From the NCBI RefSeq assembly GCF_000017845.1, contig NC_010546.1, forward strand, positions 3,780,001 to 3,812,000: a DNA stretch of 32,000 bases, read 5' to 3'. The stretch is from Crocosphaera subtropica ATCC 51142. Lineage in GTDB: Bacteria > Cyanobacteriota > Cyanobacteriia > Cyanobacteriales > Microcystaceae. The translations under genes and the position numbers were made by a program. A model generated the notes under the pieces. It was not told the DNA's origin. It searched no databases and was given only the letters and a program-made list of their open reading frames with translations. Shown here in pieces: positions 24,560-32,000 of this stretch; position 1 is the stretch's first letter, and the number at the start of each line of letters is the position of its first letter.

Positions 24560-26296
24560 TTAATTTTCATGACTTTCTACAGAACCATTGATGGGATTAT
24601 TATTTTGGTTTAATAAATTAGTGATCGGATCAAAACGAAAGCCGGGGGCTGTATAATCTTCGGGTAAATAATCTGCTGGAATTGTATTATGATTGCCATC
24701 ACGAATGGCACTATAATGAGGGGATAAAATTTCAATATCGGCCTCGTTACATTTGTCTTGAATATTTTGATGTAACTGAGAATAAATTTCTGCCATTTTT
24801 GTTGATTCATTGGTATAAGCATTAATTTCGTAGCTAACATAAAAATCACTTAACCCTGTTTGTAAAACAAAAGGTAACGGTGTTTTTAAGATATAATCAG
24901 TTGATTGAGCAGCAGTAATTAACACTTCGTGAACTTTGCGCCAAGGAAGATCGTAACCAAGAGTAATAGTAGTATGTAAAATTAAAGGACGTTTTAAGTC
25001 TCTTTTTAAAGCACTATAATTAATAACATTACTATTAATTATAACAGAATTGGGAATAGTAATAACAACATTTTTAATCGTTCTAATTCGAGTTACTAAC
25101 AAGTTTTTTTCTAAAACATCCCCTACAGCATCTCCAATTTTTACCCGATCAGAAATTTGAAAAGCACGAGTATAAATTAAAACTAAGCCTGATACCGTAT
25201 TAGAAATAACTCCCGTTGAACCTAACGTAAATAGAAGGGCAGCAAAAGCAGAAACTCCTTTAAATGCAGGAGAATTAAACCCTGGTAAATAAGGGAAAGC
25301 AAACACCGCAGCTAACATAATAGTTAACCAAGTTAACAGTCGATAAGTCGGTTGCGCCCATTCAGGATAAAAGCCAGCAAATTGTAGATTTCCTGTTTCT
25401 ATTGCATCAAAAATAAATTTAAAAAATCGTAAAATATAATAAGTTAAATAAACAATTACCCCGACAACAAAAATATTCGGTAAATAACCAATTAATCCAC
25501 TAAATACGGTATTTATGGCTTTGATTAAATAGTTAAATAATACATTTCCAGCTTGTCTGGTTTGTGGAAAGAAACCTAAAACAATGGGAACAAAAATGTA
25601 AAGAACAAAAAAAGTCAAAATAATACGAACAGATTTAACAATTGTTTTAAATGTCTTGGTTAGTTTTTCTGCTGATAGGATTTCGAGGTTTTTAATTCTA
25701 ATTGATGGAATAAAAGTTCCTTCCCAACTGTCTAGGAGAGAATAAAGATAAGGAAAAGTAAAACTAAATATTTTTAAGATTAACAATAAAATTAACAAAC
25801 TAATTACTGTAGAAACAGCACCAATAACCCAATAAAAAGGACGGCGTTCAAGTCGATAAGCTTTTAAAGCTTTTTTGGTAGTGTTTAAATATTCTTCTGC
25901 TAAATTTTCCCGAGACGTTTGCGCTGTTGTGGCATCATCTGCCGTTACAGTCATTAAAGTTTTGTTATTAAATAAAAGAATAATAACATTGCCTCGATCA
26001 TCTAGATCAAATTTATCATCAATAATTTCCAATTGGTTATTATTAGCAATATCCTGTAATCTTTCAGTGATAATATCTGCTCTTTCTTCTGCTGACAAAG
26101 AACCATTACCATTATAAATAGAAAAAAGGGTATTATGGTCTAAGACCACGGGAAAACCTTGATCACTAGAAATATCTTCTAAGCTATAACTAGGTAAAAA
26201 GTTGCTTTGAAATAGCACAAGTAATAAAGTAGCAATAGCTAAAATGACCCTTTGATAAGTCTTGTTTGGCTGTAAATTTAAAAAATAACATTTCAT
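24560..26296 (-). CDS. MscS-family mechanosensitive channel with a large N-terminal periplasmic/TM extension
   Basis: Signal/TM N-terminus and multiple TM helices. The MscS core is ISNTVSGLVLIYTRAFQISDRVKIGDAVGDVLEKNLLVTRIRTIKNVVITIPNSVIINSNVINYS. Confidence 0.85.
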   Translation of the reverse strand: MKCYFLNLQPNKTYQRVILAIATLLLVLFQSNFLPSYSLEDISSDQGFPVVLDHNTLFSIYNGNGSLSAEERADIITERLQDIANNNQLEIIDDKFDLDDRGNVIILLFNNKTLMTVTADDATTAQTSRENLAEEYLNTTKKALKAYRLERRPFYWVIGAVSTVISLLILLLILKIFSFTFPYLYSLLDSWEGTFIPSIRIKNLEILSAEKLTKTFKTIVKSVRIILTFFVLYIFVPIVLGFFPQTRQAGNVLFNYLIKAINTVFSGLIGYLPNIFVVGVIVYLTYYILRFFKFIFDAIETGNLQFAGFYPEWAQPTYRLLTWLTIMLAAVFAFPYLPGFNSPAFKGVSAFAALLFTLGSTGVISNTVSGLVLIYTRAFQISDRVKIGDAVGDVLEKNLLVTRIRTIKNVVITIPNSVIINSNVINYSALKRDLKRPLILHTTITLGYDLPWRKVHEVLITAAQSTDYILKTPLPFVLQTGLSDFYVSYEINAYTNESTKMAEIYSQLHQNIQDKCNEADIEILSPHYSAIRDGNHNTIPADYLPEDYTAPGFRFDPITNLLNQNNNPINGSVESHEN

Positions 26297-26540
26297 CTGA
26301 GTTTTATTCCCTAGGTATCATTGAATCAGCCTATAAAGTAATTTTGCCTAACCTTTATGGAATAGTCTCCATTTTTTAGATTAATTTCAGAAGTTCTTAG
26401 ATGTTGATACGCTATTTTTAACCCTATCATTTTTGAACCCTAAATCTAAAGATGTTGTAAAAATAATTGTTAAACTAAGAAAAAACGTTTACAAAGGAAA
26501 ATGAAGCTAATTTAACACAAAAAGCCTTTGTTTACTTTTT

Positions 26541-27248
26541 ATGGAACAAATCATACAAAATTCTCTGTTTACTCCCTATTTCGCCTTACATATTCCTGAC
26601 GGCTTTTTGAGTCCTGGTGTCAGCGTATTTTGTTGGGTGATTACCCTTGTTTTAATCGCTGTTTCTTTGAACAAAGTACAAAAAGACTATCAAGAAAAAA
26701 CAGTGCCTCTGATGGGGGTTTGTGCAGCCTTTATTTTTGCAGCACAAATGATTAACTTTCCCATTCCTGGGGGAACTTCAGGCCATTTAGTGGGAGGAAC
26801 CCTGGCCGCTATTATCCTGGGACCGTGGGCTGGAACTTTAGTGGTAACGGTAGTGTTTATCGTTCAAGCCGTTTTATTCCAAGATGGCGGTTTAACGGTT
26901 TTAGGAGCAAATATCTTGAATATGGGACTCATTGGAACCTTTTGCGGATATTATCTCTACAAAGCCATTCGTTTGTCCCTAGGTCGAAATTCTTGGAAAA
27001 GCATGACCATTGCAACAGTCGTGGCATCTTGGTGTAGTGTGGTGATCGCTGCGATCGCTACTGCTTTACAACTCGCCTTATCCGGAACGGTTCCCTTAAC
27101 GGTATCAATGATTGCTATGGTATCGTGGCACGTTCTCATTGGGGTTGGAGAAGCCATTATCACTGTGATCGCTGTGGGGTTTGTTTGGCGATCGCGTCCG
27201 GATCTTATCTACGATAGTCCTCTCTCTCTCAAGTTAGATGCAGATTAA
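26541..27248 (+). CDS. cbiM: ECF transporter substrate-capture component, CbiM/NikM family
   Basis: The HIPDGFLS motif is followed by about 6 TM helices and GGTSGHLVGG. A 16-aa extension precedes the His (see findings). Co versus Ni specificity cannot be told from sequence. Confidence 0.85.
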   Translation: MEQIIQNSLFTPYFALHIPDGFLSPGVSVFCWVITLVLIAVSLNKVQKDYQEKTVPLMGVCAAFIFAAQMINFPIPGGTSGHLVGGTLAAIILGPWAGTLVVTVVFIVQAVLFQDGGLTVLGANILNMGLIGTFCGYYLYKAIRLSLGRNSWKSMTIATVVASWCSVVIAAIATALQLALSGTVPLTVSMIAMVSWHVLIGVGEAIITVIAVGFVWRSRPDLIYDSPLSLKLDAD

Positions 27249-27310
27249 ACGTTTAATTGCTATCAATAAAGATTCATTCCTAATAGCCTAACAAAAGAAA
27301 TAATTGTAAG

Positions 27311-27664
27311 ATGACCAATAATTTTTCTAATCAACGTAATCGCTTATTTATATTGACCGGACTCGGCATTGCTTTAATTATTGCCGTATTTGTTTCTCCC
27401 TTTGCTAGTTCCGACCCCGATGGTTTAGAGAGAGTCGCCCAGGACTTAGAATTTGAGGATAAAGCCATCGAAGATGCGCCAGCCAATAAATTGCCGTTCT
27501 ATACTGTTTTTGAAGAGTACGCCTTACGGGGAGTTCCTGAGAGTGTAGCTACCCCTCTCGCTGGTTTAGCAGGGACTGTGGTCGCCTTTGGGGTGGCCTG
27601 GGGGGCTGGTAAATTATTCATTCGTCCCTCTTCACCAACCAATAATGAACAAGGAGAAGAGTGA
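27311..27664 (+). CDS. PDGLE-domain small membrane protein (CbiN/NikL-like accessory component)
   Basis: N-terminal TM helix, a literal SSDPDGLERVAQDL motif, and a C-terminal TM helix (AGLAGTVVAFGVAWGAG). Confidence 0.75.
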   Translation: MTNNFSNQRNRLFILTGLGIALIIAVFVSPFASSDPDGLERVAQDLEFEDKAIEDAPANKLPFYTVFEEYALRGVPESVATPLAGLAGTVVAFGVAWGAGKLFIRPSSPTNNEQGEE

Positions 27665-27672
27665 TAGGGAGA

Positions 27673-27721
27673 AATGTAGAATGAAGAATTTGGAATGGTA
27701 GCAGTATTTTCATTCTACATT
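27673..27721 (+). promoter_or_regulatory. Intercistronic stem-loop between the PDGLE gene and cbiQ
   Basis: Perfect 13-bp arms AATGTAGAATGAA (27673-27685) / TTCATTCTACATT (27709-27721), followed by a short direct repeat ATTCTAC ATTCTAC. Confidence 0.5.
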
Positions 27722-27732
27722 CTACATTAAAG

Positions 27733-28503
27733 ATGTTGTTACATATTCATTCTTTTGTCAATCATCAAGAACAACAACCCGATACTTTTTGGCATTCTTT
27801 GAATGTTCAAGCACGGCTTTTATGTGTGTTTATCGGTGTTTTTGCTATCGCCTTAACTCCTAATGGACAATGGAAAACTTGGGGAATTTATGGGGTTGGA
27901 GTATTATTTGTGATCTTGATTAGTCGAGTTTCTTGGCTTACTTTATTATCGAGAGTTATCATTGAATTTTCTTTTGTGGGAGTAGTATTATTGGGTACTC
28001 TATTTCGTCCTGAAGGGGATGTTATTTGGTCTTGGTGGATACTACAAATTACCACCACTGGAATCATGGTCTTAGGCAGTGTAACGACTAAGGTAATATT
28101 GTCTTTATTGATGTTAAATACCTTAATTCTTACCACAGAAATTCCTGATTTATTTAAAGCATTATTAGCGTTAAAAATGCCCCCTTTATTAGTAGCAATT
28201 ATGGCTTCTATGTATCGCTATATAGATGTATTAAATCGAGAATTTACCGCAATGAAACGAGCGGCGATTTCTCGAAATCTAATGAGTAATGGTAAAATGA
28301 TTCGTTATGTTATGGGAAATGCGATCGGTTCTTTATTTATTCGTAGTTATGAACGAGGAGAATTGATTTATCAGGCAATGTTATCAAGGGGATATCAAGG
28401 GGTTCCTGTGATTCCCGAAAAAATATGTTACAAAAATAAGGATATTGTAGCTCTAATTATTACAGGAATCATAGTTGTTTGGGGTCAGATAATTTATTTT
28501 TAA
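27733..28503 (+). CDS. cbiQ: ECF transporter transmembrane (T) component, CbiQ family
   Basis: Polytopic membrane protein with the C-terminal CbiQ/EcfT signature region, MASMYRYIDVLNREFTAMKRAAISR...ERGELIYQAMLSRGY (Ala-Arg-Gly-type coupling helices). Confidence 0.8.
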   Translation: MLLHIHSFVNHQEQQPDTFWHSLNVQARLLCVFIGVFAIALTPNGQWKTWGIYGVGVLFVILISRVSWLTLLSRVIIEFSFVGVVLLGTLFRPEGDVIWSWWILQITTTGIMVLGSVTTKVILSLLMLNTLILTTEIPDLFKALLALKMPPLLVAIMASMYRYIDVLNREFTAMKRAAISRNLMSNGKMIRYVMGNAIGSLFIRSYERGELIYQAMLSRGYQGVPVIPEKICYKNKDIVALIITGIIVVWGQIIYF

Positions 28504-28507
28504 TTAG

Positions 28508-29248
28508 ATGAATAGGAAAAAAATATGGCGTTTAATTCCCCCAATTAAAGCGTCAGGAAATATACATATGGCTATTGATAACTGGTTATTTCAACAACAT
28601 GAAAAGGGCTTAAGTCTTCCAACTTTACGCTTTTATACTTGGTCAAAACCGACCATTTCTTTAGGATATTTACAAAAAAATTATCCTGACCCTTGGAACC
28701 ATTTAACCTGGAAAAAAGAAGCGTTAGATATCGTGATTCGTCCCACAGGAGGCAGGGCGGTTTTACATCAAGGAGATTTAACTTATATGGTGATTATGTC
28801 TTTAGATAATCGGAAGACTTTGGCCATTTATCAAGATATTTGTAACTTTTTAATTGAAGGTTGGAAAAAATTAGGAATTCCTCTCAGATATGGCACAGCC
28901 AAACGGGGATATATTCATAATGCTAGTTGCTTTAATACTGCCACGATAGCAGACTTAATAACAACAGATGGTAGTAAATTAATTGGTAGCGCACAAAAAC
29001 GAGGAAAAAAGTCGGTTTTGCAACATGGTTCTATGGTTTTGTTCACTGACAAAGCTTTATTTGAAATGATTTTTAATCAAGTTGCCCCTTGGAATTTAAC
29101 ATTAACAGAACAATTATCTAAAGATTATTCTATCGATAATACTATTGAGGTTTTGACTCAAGCTGCGCAAGAAAAGTTTAACATAGAATTCAAGACACAA
29201 CCTTTATCAGAAGAAGAATGGCAAGAAATTTTGAGCATTAATAGTTAA
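28508..29248 (+). CDS. Lipoate/octanoate-protein ligase family protein (BPL/LPL catalytic domain only; LplA- or LipM-like)
   Basis: LRFYTWSKPTISLGYLQ, RPTGGRAVLHQGDLTY and GSKLIGSAQKR (candidate catalytic Lys). At 246 aa it lacks the LplA C-terminal accessory domain. It begins 4 nt after the cbiQ stop. Confidence 0.8.
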   Translation: MNRKKIWRLIPPIKASGNIHMAIDNWLFQQHEKGLSLPTLRFYTWSKPTISLGYLQKNYPDPWNHLTWKKEALDIVIRPTGGRAVLHQGDLTYMVIMSLDNRKTLAIYQDICNFLIEGWKKLGIPLRYGTAKRGYIHNASCFNTATIADLITTDGSKLIGSAQKRGKKSVLQHGSMVLFTDKALFEMIFNQVAPWNLTLTEQLSKDYSIDNTIEVLTQAAQEKFNIEFKTQPLSEEEWQEILSINS

Positions 29249-29268
29249 TAATAGAGGAGTAAAAATTA

Positions 29269-29763
29269 GTGTCTAATCAACATGAATCTCAATTATCTCA
29301 TCTTAATGAGACAGGAGAAGCGCAAATGGTGGACGTTTCTTCTAAAAAAGTAACTCGTCGTCAAGCAGTTGCTAGGGGACAAATCAGAATGAAACGAGAA
29401 ACATTTGAGGCAATAAAAACAGGAAATTCGCCAAAAGGTGATGTTTTAGGGACAGCCAAAATAGCTGGTATTATGGCAGCCAAACAAACAGCTAACTTGA
29501 TCCCATTATGTCATCCTTTACCCTTACAAAAAATAGAGGTAAACATAATAGGAGACGAAACCTTACCCGGTTATCAAATAGAAGCAACCGTTATCACCAA
29601 AGCAGAAACAGGGGTAGAAATGGAAGCTTTAACTGCCGTTTCTATTGCTGCTTTAACCCTTTATGATATGGCTAAAGCGTTAGAAAAATCGATAAAAATT
29701 GAAAATATACGGTTAATGAGTAAAACAGGAGGAAAATCTGCGGATTATCAATCAAGAATTTAG
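29269..29763 (+). CDS. moaC: Cyclic pyranopterin monophosphate synthase MoaC
   Basis: [59 protein letters not shown]; GTG start. Confidence 0.9.
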   Translation: MSNQHESQLSHLNETGEAQMVDVSSKKVTRRQAVARGQIRMKRETFEAIKTGNSPKGDVLGTAKIAGIMAAKQTANLIPLCHPLPLQKIEVNIIGDETLPGYQIEATVITKAETGVEMEALTAVSIAALTLYDMAKALEKSIKIENIRLMSKTGGKSADYQSRI

Positions 29764-29803
29764 AATTTAGAATGATTTGGGTTTAATCACACTCTTTAAA
29801 TGC

Positions 29804-30115
29804 TTAGTTTTCCTGAGTTAAAAGAGGATCTAACTTATTGTGTTGATCGAGGGAATATAAATCATCACATCCTCCAATATGTTTATTATTGATAAAAATT
29901 TGAGGAACCGTTCGTCGTCCCTGGGAACGTTGTGCCATTTTTTCCCTAGCGGTTTCATCTCCATCGATTTTATACTCAGTAAAATCAACCCCTTTCCACC
30001 ATAAAAGTAATTTAGCACGGATACAAAACGGACAGGTTTGCCAAGTATAGATTTCTACATCCGCTTTCATCTTTTCTGGATGACGACCCAATAAAGAATT
30101 AAAAATATTAAACAT
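29804..30115 (-). CDS. grxC: Glutaredoxin 3 (CPFC dithiol type)
   Basis: YTWQTCPFCIRAK, RRTVPQIFI and GGCDDL. Confidence 0.9.
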   Translation of the reverse strand: MFNIFNSLLGRHPEKMKADVEIYTWQTCPFCIRAKLLLWWKGVDFTEYKIDGDETAREKMAQRSQGRRTVPQIFINNKHIGGCDDLYSLDQHNKLDPLLTQEN

Positions 30116-30357
30116 AGGAACCTTTGATGTTTTTACCTTTATTATTATAAAAGACTAAATAGGTCTGAGGGGAACAGGGGATATCAAGGTTTTTAACCTT
30201 TGTCTGTTATGAGTTACCTATTACCTCATTCTCGAAAAGGGTTAGCTGATCTACAAAAGAAATGCTATAAAGGGCATAATAGATGATACAAAGAAATTCA
30301 CATAATTTGAAAATTAACTGGGGAAAGGTTGTGGACTGTTGTGGGTTATCGTCGTTG

Positions 30358-30939
30358 ATGGGTGATAGTTCGGAGTTGGAGAACAATACCTCCTATACCG
30401 TTTCTGTTACTATTAGAGAGGCTCAATTACAGGATATTAAAGCCTTAACTGAGGTTCTCACCCTTAGCTTTCATCCTCCCAAAGGGTGGCTATCTTTCTT
30501 TCAACCTATTTTAAAATTAGGGGTTTATGAAGATTTGCGATCGCGTCTCCGGGGAACCATTCCCTATTATTGTTGTTTTGTTGCGGTAGAAAAAACTTCA
30601 ACTCTTACTAAAACCACAGAAAAAGTGATTGGAACTATTGAACTAAGTCTTAAAAGTGGATTCAATTGCCATTATCTTTATATCAGTAACTTAGCAGTGA
30701 TTCAAAGCCATCGACGACAAGGAATTGCTAAACAGTTACTACAACAATGTGAAGAAATTGCCTCAAAATGGGGATATGATACCCTAAATCTTCATGTCTT
30801 GGATAACAATTATCCTGCTAAAAAATTATATTTAAGTAACGGTTATCAAGTATCCGAAACTGAAGTCACTTGGCCGAATTGGCTGTTATTTCGTTCGCAA
30901 AGACTGTTCTTAAAAAAACAGATAAAAACCCATGACTAA
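30358..30939 (+). CDS. GNAT-family N-acetyltransferase
   Basis: Acetyl-CoA motif A, LAVIQSHRRQGIAKQLLQQCEEIA, and ...NYPAKKLYLSNGY. The start could also be the ATG at 30283. Confidence 0.8.
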   Translation: MGDSSELENNTSYTVSVTIREAQLQDIKALTEVLTLSFHPPKGWLSFFQPILKLGVYEDLRSRLRGTIPYYCCFVAVEKTSTLTKTTEKVIGTIELSLKSGFNCHYLYISNLAVIQSHRRQGIAKQLLQQCEEIASKWGYDTLNLHVLDNNYPAKKLYLSNGYQVSETEVTWPNWLLFRSQRLFLKKQIKTHD

Positions 30940-31414
30940 TAACGTTTTTAACCAGGCAATAATTTCACAGAAACAACAACAAATCAATGAAATTTTGCAA
31001 AACTTGCATGATAAACAACTTTTGATTATTAACCCTCGTCGTAAAAATGGTTTAATTCTTTATAAACCGTATCATGCAGAATTTGCTGGTCCTGGGGCAG
31101 CGATTGGGGCTAATTTTGATCATGATGTTCTTGATGTTCTTCCTGTGGGTAAATTATCCTTAATGAAACCGAGAACTTCTCAAGAACGGATTAATAGTTA
31201 TTTAATTCGGCGACAATGGGTCAAATTGGCTAAACAAATTAGTGATAATACTATTCCTCAACAAAGGGCCCAGGTAATTTTAAATCAGTTTGAACATTGG
31301 TTTGATCTTGAAACAGCTAATCTTTTACCCAATGAAACCTTTGCTTTATTAGTGGGGGTACTCCCGCAAACCATGAAAAAAGTCCGCACCCAAAGCGAAC
31401 TTCTGTTGCAATAA
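30932..31414 (+). CDS. Hypothetical protein, overlapping and coupled to the GNAT gene
   Basis: 160-aa ORF. Its ATG (30932) lies 8 nt inside the GNAT 3' end (ATGACTAA). No family recognised. Confidence 0.6.
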   Translation: MTNNVFNQAIISQKQQQINEILQNLHDKQLLIINPRRKNGLILYKPYHAEFAGPGAAIGANFDHDVLDVLPVGKLSLMKPRTSQERINSYLIRRQWVKLAKQISDNTIPQQRAQVILNQFEHWFDLETANLLPNETFALLVGVLPQTMKKVRTQSELLLQ

Positions 31415-31491
31415 CTTTTCAAGGAAAATTAAGATTTCCTTCTGAACTTCCCTCTTATGATGAGATTAGGTGAAAATAAGGATGAATTTTC

Positions 31492-32000
31492 ATGGAACTC
31501 TTACCCTCAGAAATTCTGGCAACCAATAAATTTGATCAATGTGTTCTTAGTCTTGCCCTGATTAATATTTGTAATCAAGACAGTTATGTGGGTAAAGCCA
31601 TGAAACAGCGTTACAATGCTTGGAAATCGGAAACCGATGATCCGATTAATAATCCTTGGTTAGACTTGCATCAATTCACCATTTATGTGCCTCACCCTGA
31701 TCAAACCTACGAAGAGGTGACCTTAGAAGAAGGGCTGACATTAGGTTATAACATTGAGGTTGAACCCATTGTTGATCATGACAGCATTCCCTACAATATC
31801 CCAGAGGGAGGTCACTTCATCGCTGTTTTGAAACAAAATAAGGTCAACGGAGAATTTAGGATTGCAGCTACCGGAATGTTGATTCAGCCTTTAGCTGCTT
31901 TTAGTCTGGATATTGTCACCGATCCCGATGAGGGTAAATACGAATCTATGGTGGTTAAACATCCCATTATTCGAGATTATCCCCAAGATTTTGTACAACA
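31492..32000 (+). CDS. 5' part of a hypothetical ORF running off the right edge
   Basis: From ATG 31492 (MELLPSEILATNKFDQCVLSLALINICNQDSYVGKAMKQRYNAW...) I translated the frame by eye to nt 32000 and found no stop. It is absent from the ORF track because it has no stop. No family recognised. Confidence 0.55.
   Translation, partial: MELLPSEILATNKFDQCVLSLALINICNQDSYVGKAMKQRYNAWKSETDDPINNPWLDLHQFTIYVPHPDQTYEEVTLEEGLTLGYNIEVEPIVDHDSIPYNIPEGGHFIAVLKQNKVNGEFRIAATGMLIQPLAAFSLDIVTDPDEGKYESMVVKHPIIRDYPQDFVQ

Larger units (their letters stand above)
4918..30544. repeat. HIP1 (highly iterated palindrome GCGATCGC), 18 dispersed perfect copies
   Basis: Perfect octamers located by eye start at 4918, 5661, 6558, 7192, 8630, 9883, 10097, 14137, 17474, 18303, 20822, 22360, 23564, 23823, 24371, 27051, 27188 and 30537. 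Several one-mismatch variants also occur (e.g. 623, 4148, 27043, 28321). Confidence 0.9.

Noticed and set aside
24560-26296. The AT-rich MscS gene as a horizontally acquired island
   Set aside because: The low G+C impression is explained by the Ile/Leu/Phe/Asn/Lys-rich membrane protein composition. There are no flanking mobility genes, tRNA or direct repeats. The adjacent PIN remnant is a decayed TA scar, not an island boundary.
26297-26540. Cobalamin or NiCo riboswitch upstream of cbiM
   Set aside because: The spacer is very AT-rich. It has no GC-rich paired elements or B12-box-like core that I can see, and it looks like plain promoter DNA.
29748-29775. AGAATTT x3 tandem repeat at the moaC stop
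   Set aside because: It is only about 21 nt, AT-rich and spans the stop codon. This is most likely chance, and no structure or coding consequence is evident.
115-30018. Short ORF-track entries embedded in or antisense to longer genes: 115-309, 1102-1323, 1960-2217, 4163-4480, 4817-5002, 7787-8023, 8286-8522, 13252-13566, 14324-14626, 17193-17405, 18860-19141, 19631-19825, 20717-20920, 21225-21464, 23477-23737, 24610-24849, 25875-26117, 26825-27037, 26957-27163, 27888-28136, 29830-30018
   Set aside because: Each lies within a longer ORF that has recognisable family motifs. Their translations are low-complexity or unlike known proteins. They are typical shadow ORFs.
1-32000. CRISPR arrays, tRNA/rRNA genes, transposases, integrases, phage genes
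   Set aside because: There are no regularly spaced direct repeats. No GGTTCGAATCC-type T-arm or other tRNA hallmarks appear in any spacer. No ORF has transposase, integrase or phage motifs. The window looks like core genome.

Overview
This window reads as ordinary core chromosome of a unicellular, AT-rich cyanobacterium of the Cyanothece/Crocosphaera type. That is an inference from 18 perfect HIP1 octamers (GCGATCGC), Tic22, Ycf35/DUF1257, DUF29 and NDH-2; G+C is eyeballed at 35-40%, not computed. I support about 38 protein-coding genes. They are: a minor-pilin cluster at the left edge; an orphan Opp/Dpp-type ABC permease; a DUF2997-DUF1257-ferredoxin triad; an RluA-family protein; plsY; two conserved uncharacterised cyanobacterial proteins; a GT4 glycosyltransferase; a CDF transporter; a secreted repeat protein; NDH-2; wecB; DUF29; def; dnaA; a PKHD/PiuC-type hydroxylase; a small acidic lipoprotein; a TM0106/Cas4-like nuclease; two tandem Tic22 paralogues; prmC; a decayed PIN-toxin remnant; an MscS-family channel; a cbiM-PDGLE-cbiQ ECF module followed by an LplA/LipM-like ligase and moaC; grxC; a GNAT acetyltransferase with an overlapping unknown partner; and a partial ORF at the right edge. 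I saw no rRNA, tRNA, CRISPR array, transposase, integrase or phage genes. I do not see a convincing self-contained novel multi-gene system such as a defence island. The best leads are (1) an RluA-family protein lacking the universal catalytic Asp, (2) the translationally coupled DUF2997-DUF1257-ferredoxin triad, (3) an ATPase-less CbiM/PDGLE/CbiQ module with a masked N-terminus, packed against lipoylation and Moco genes, (4) the pilin cluster with a 480-aa prepilin-type protein, and (5) smaller oddities listed below. All family calls come from motif recognition by eye. No searches were run.
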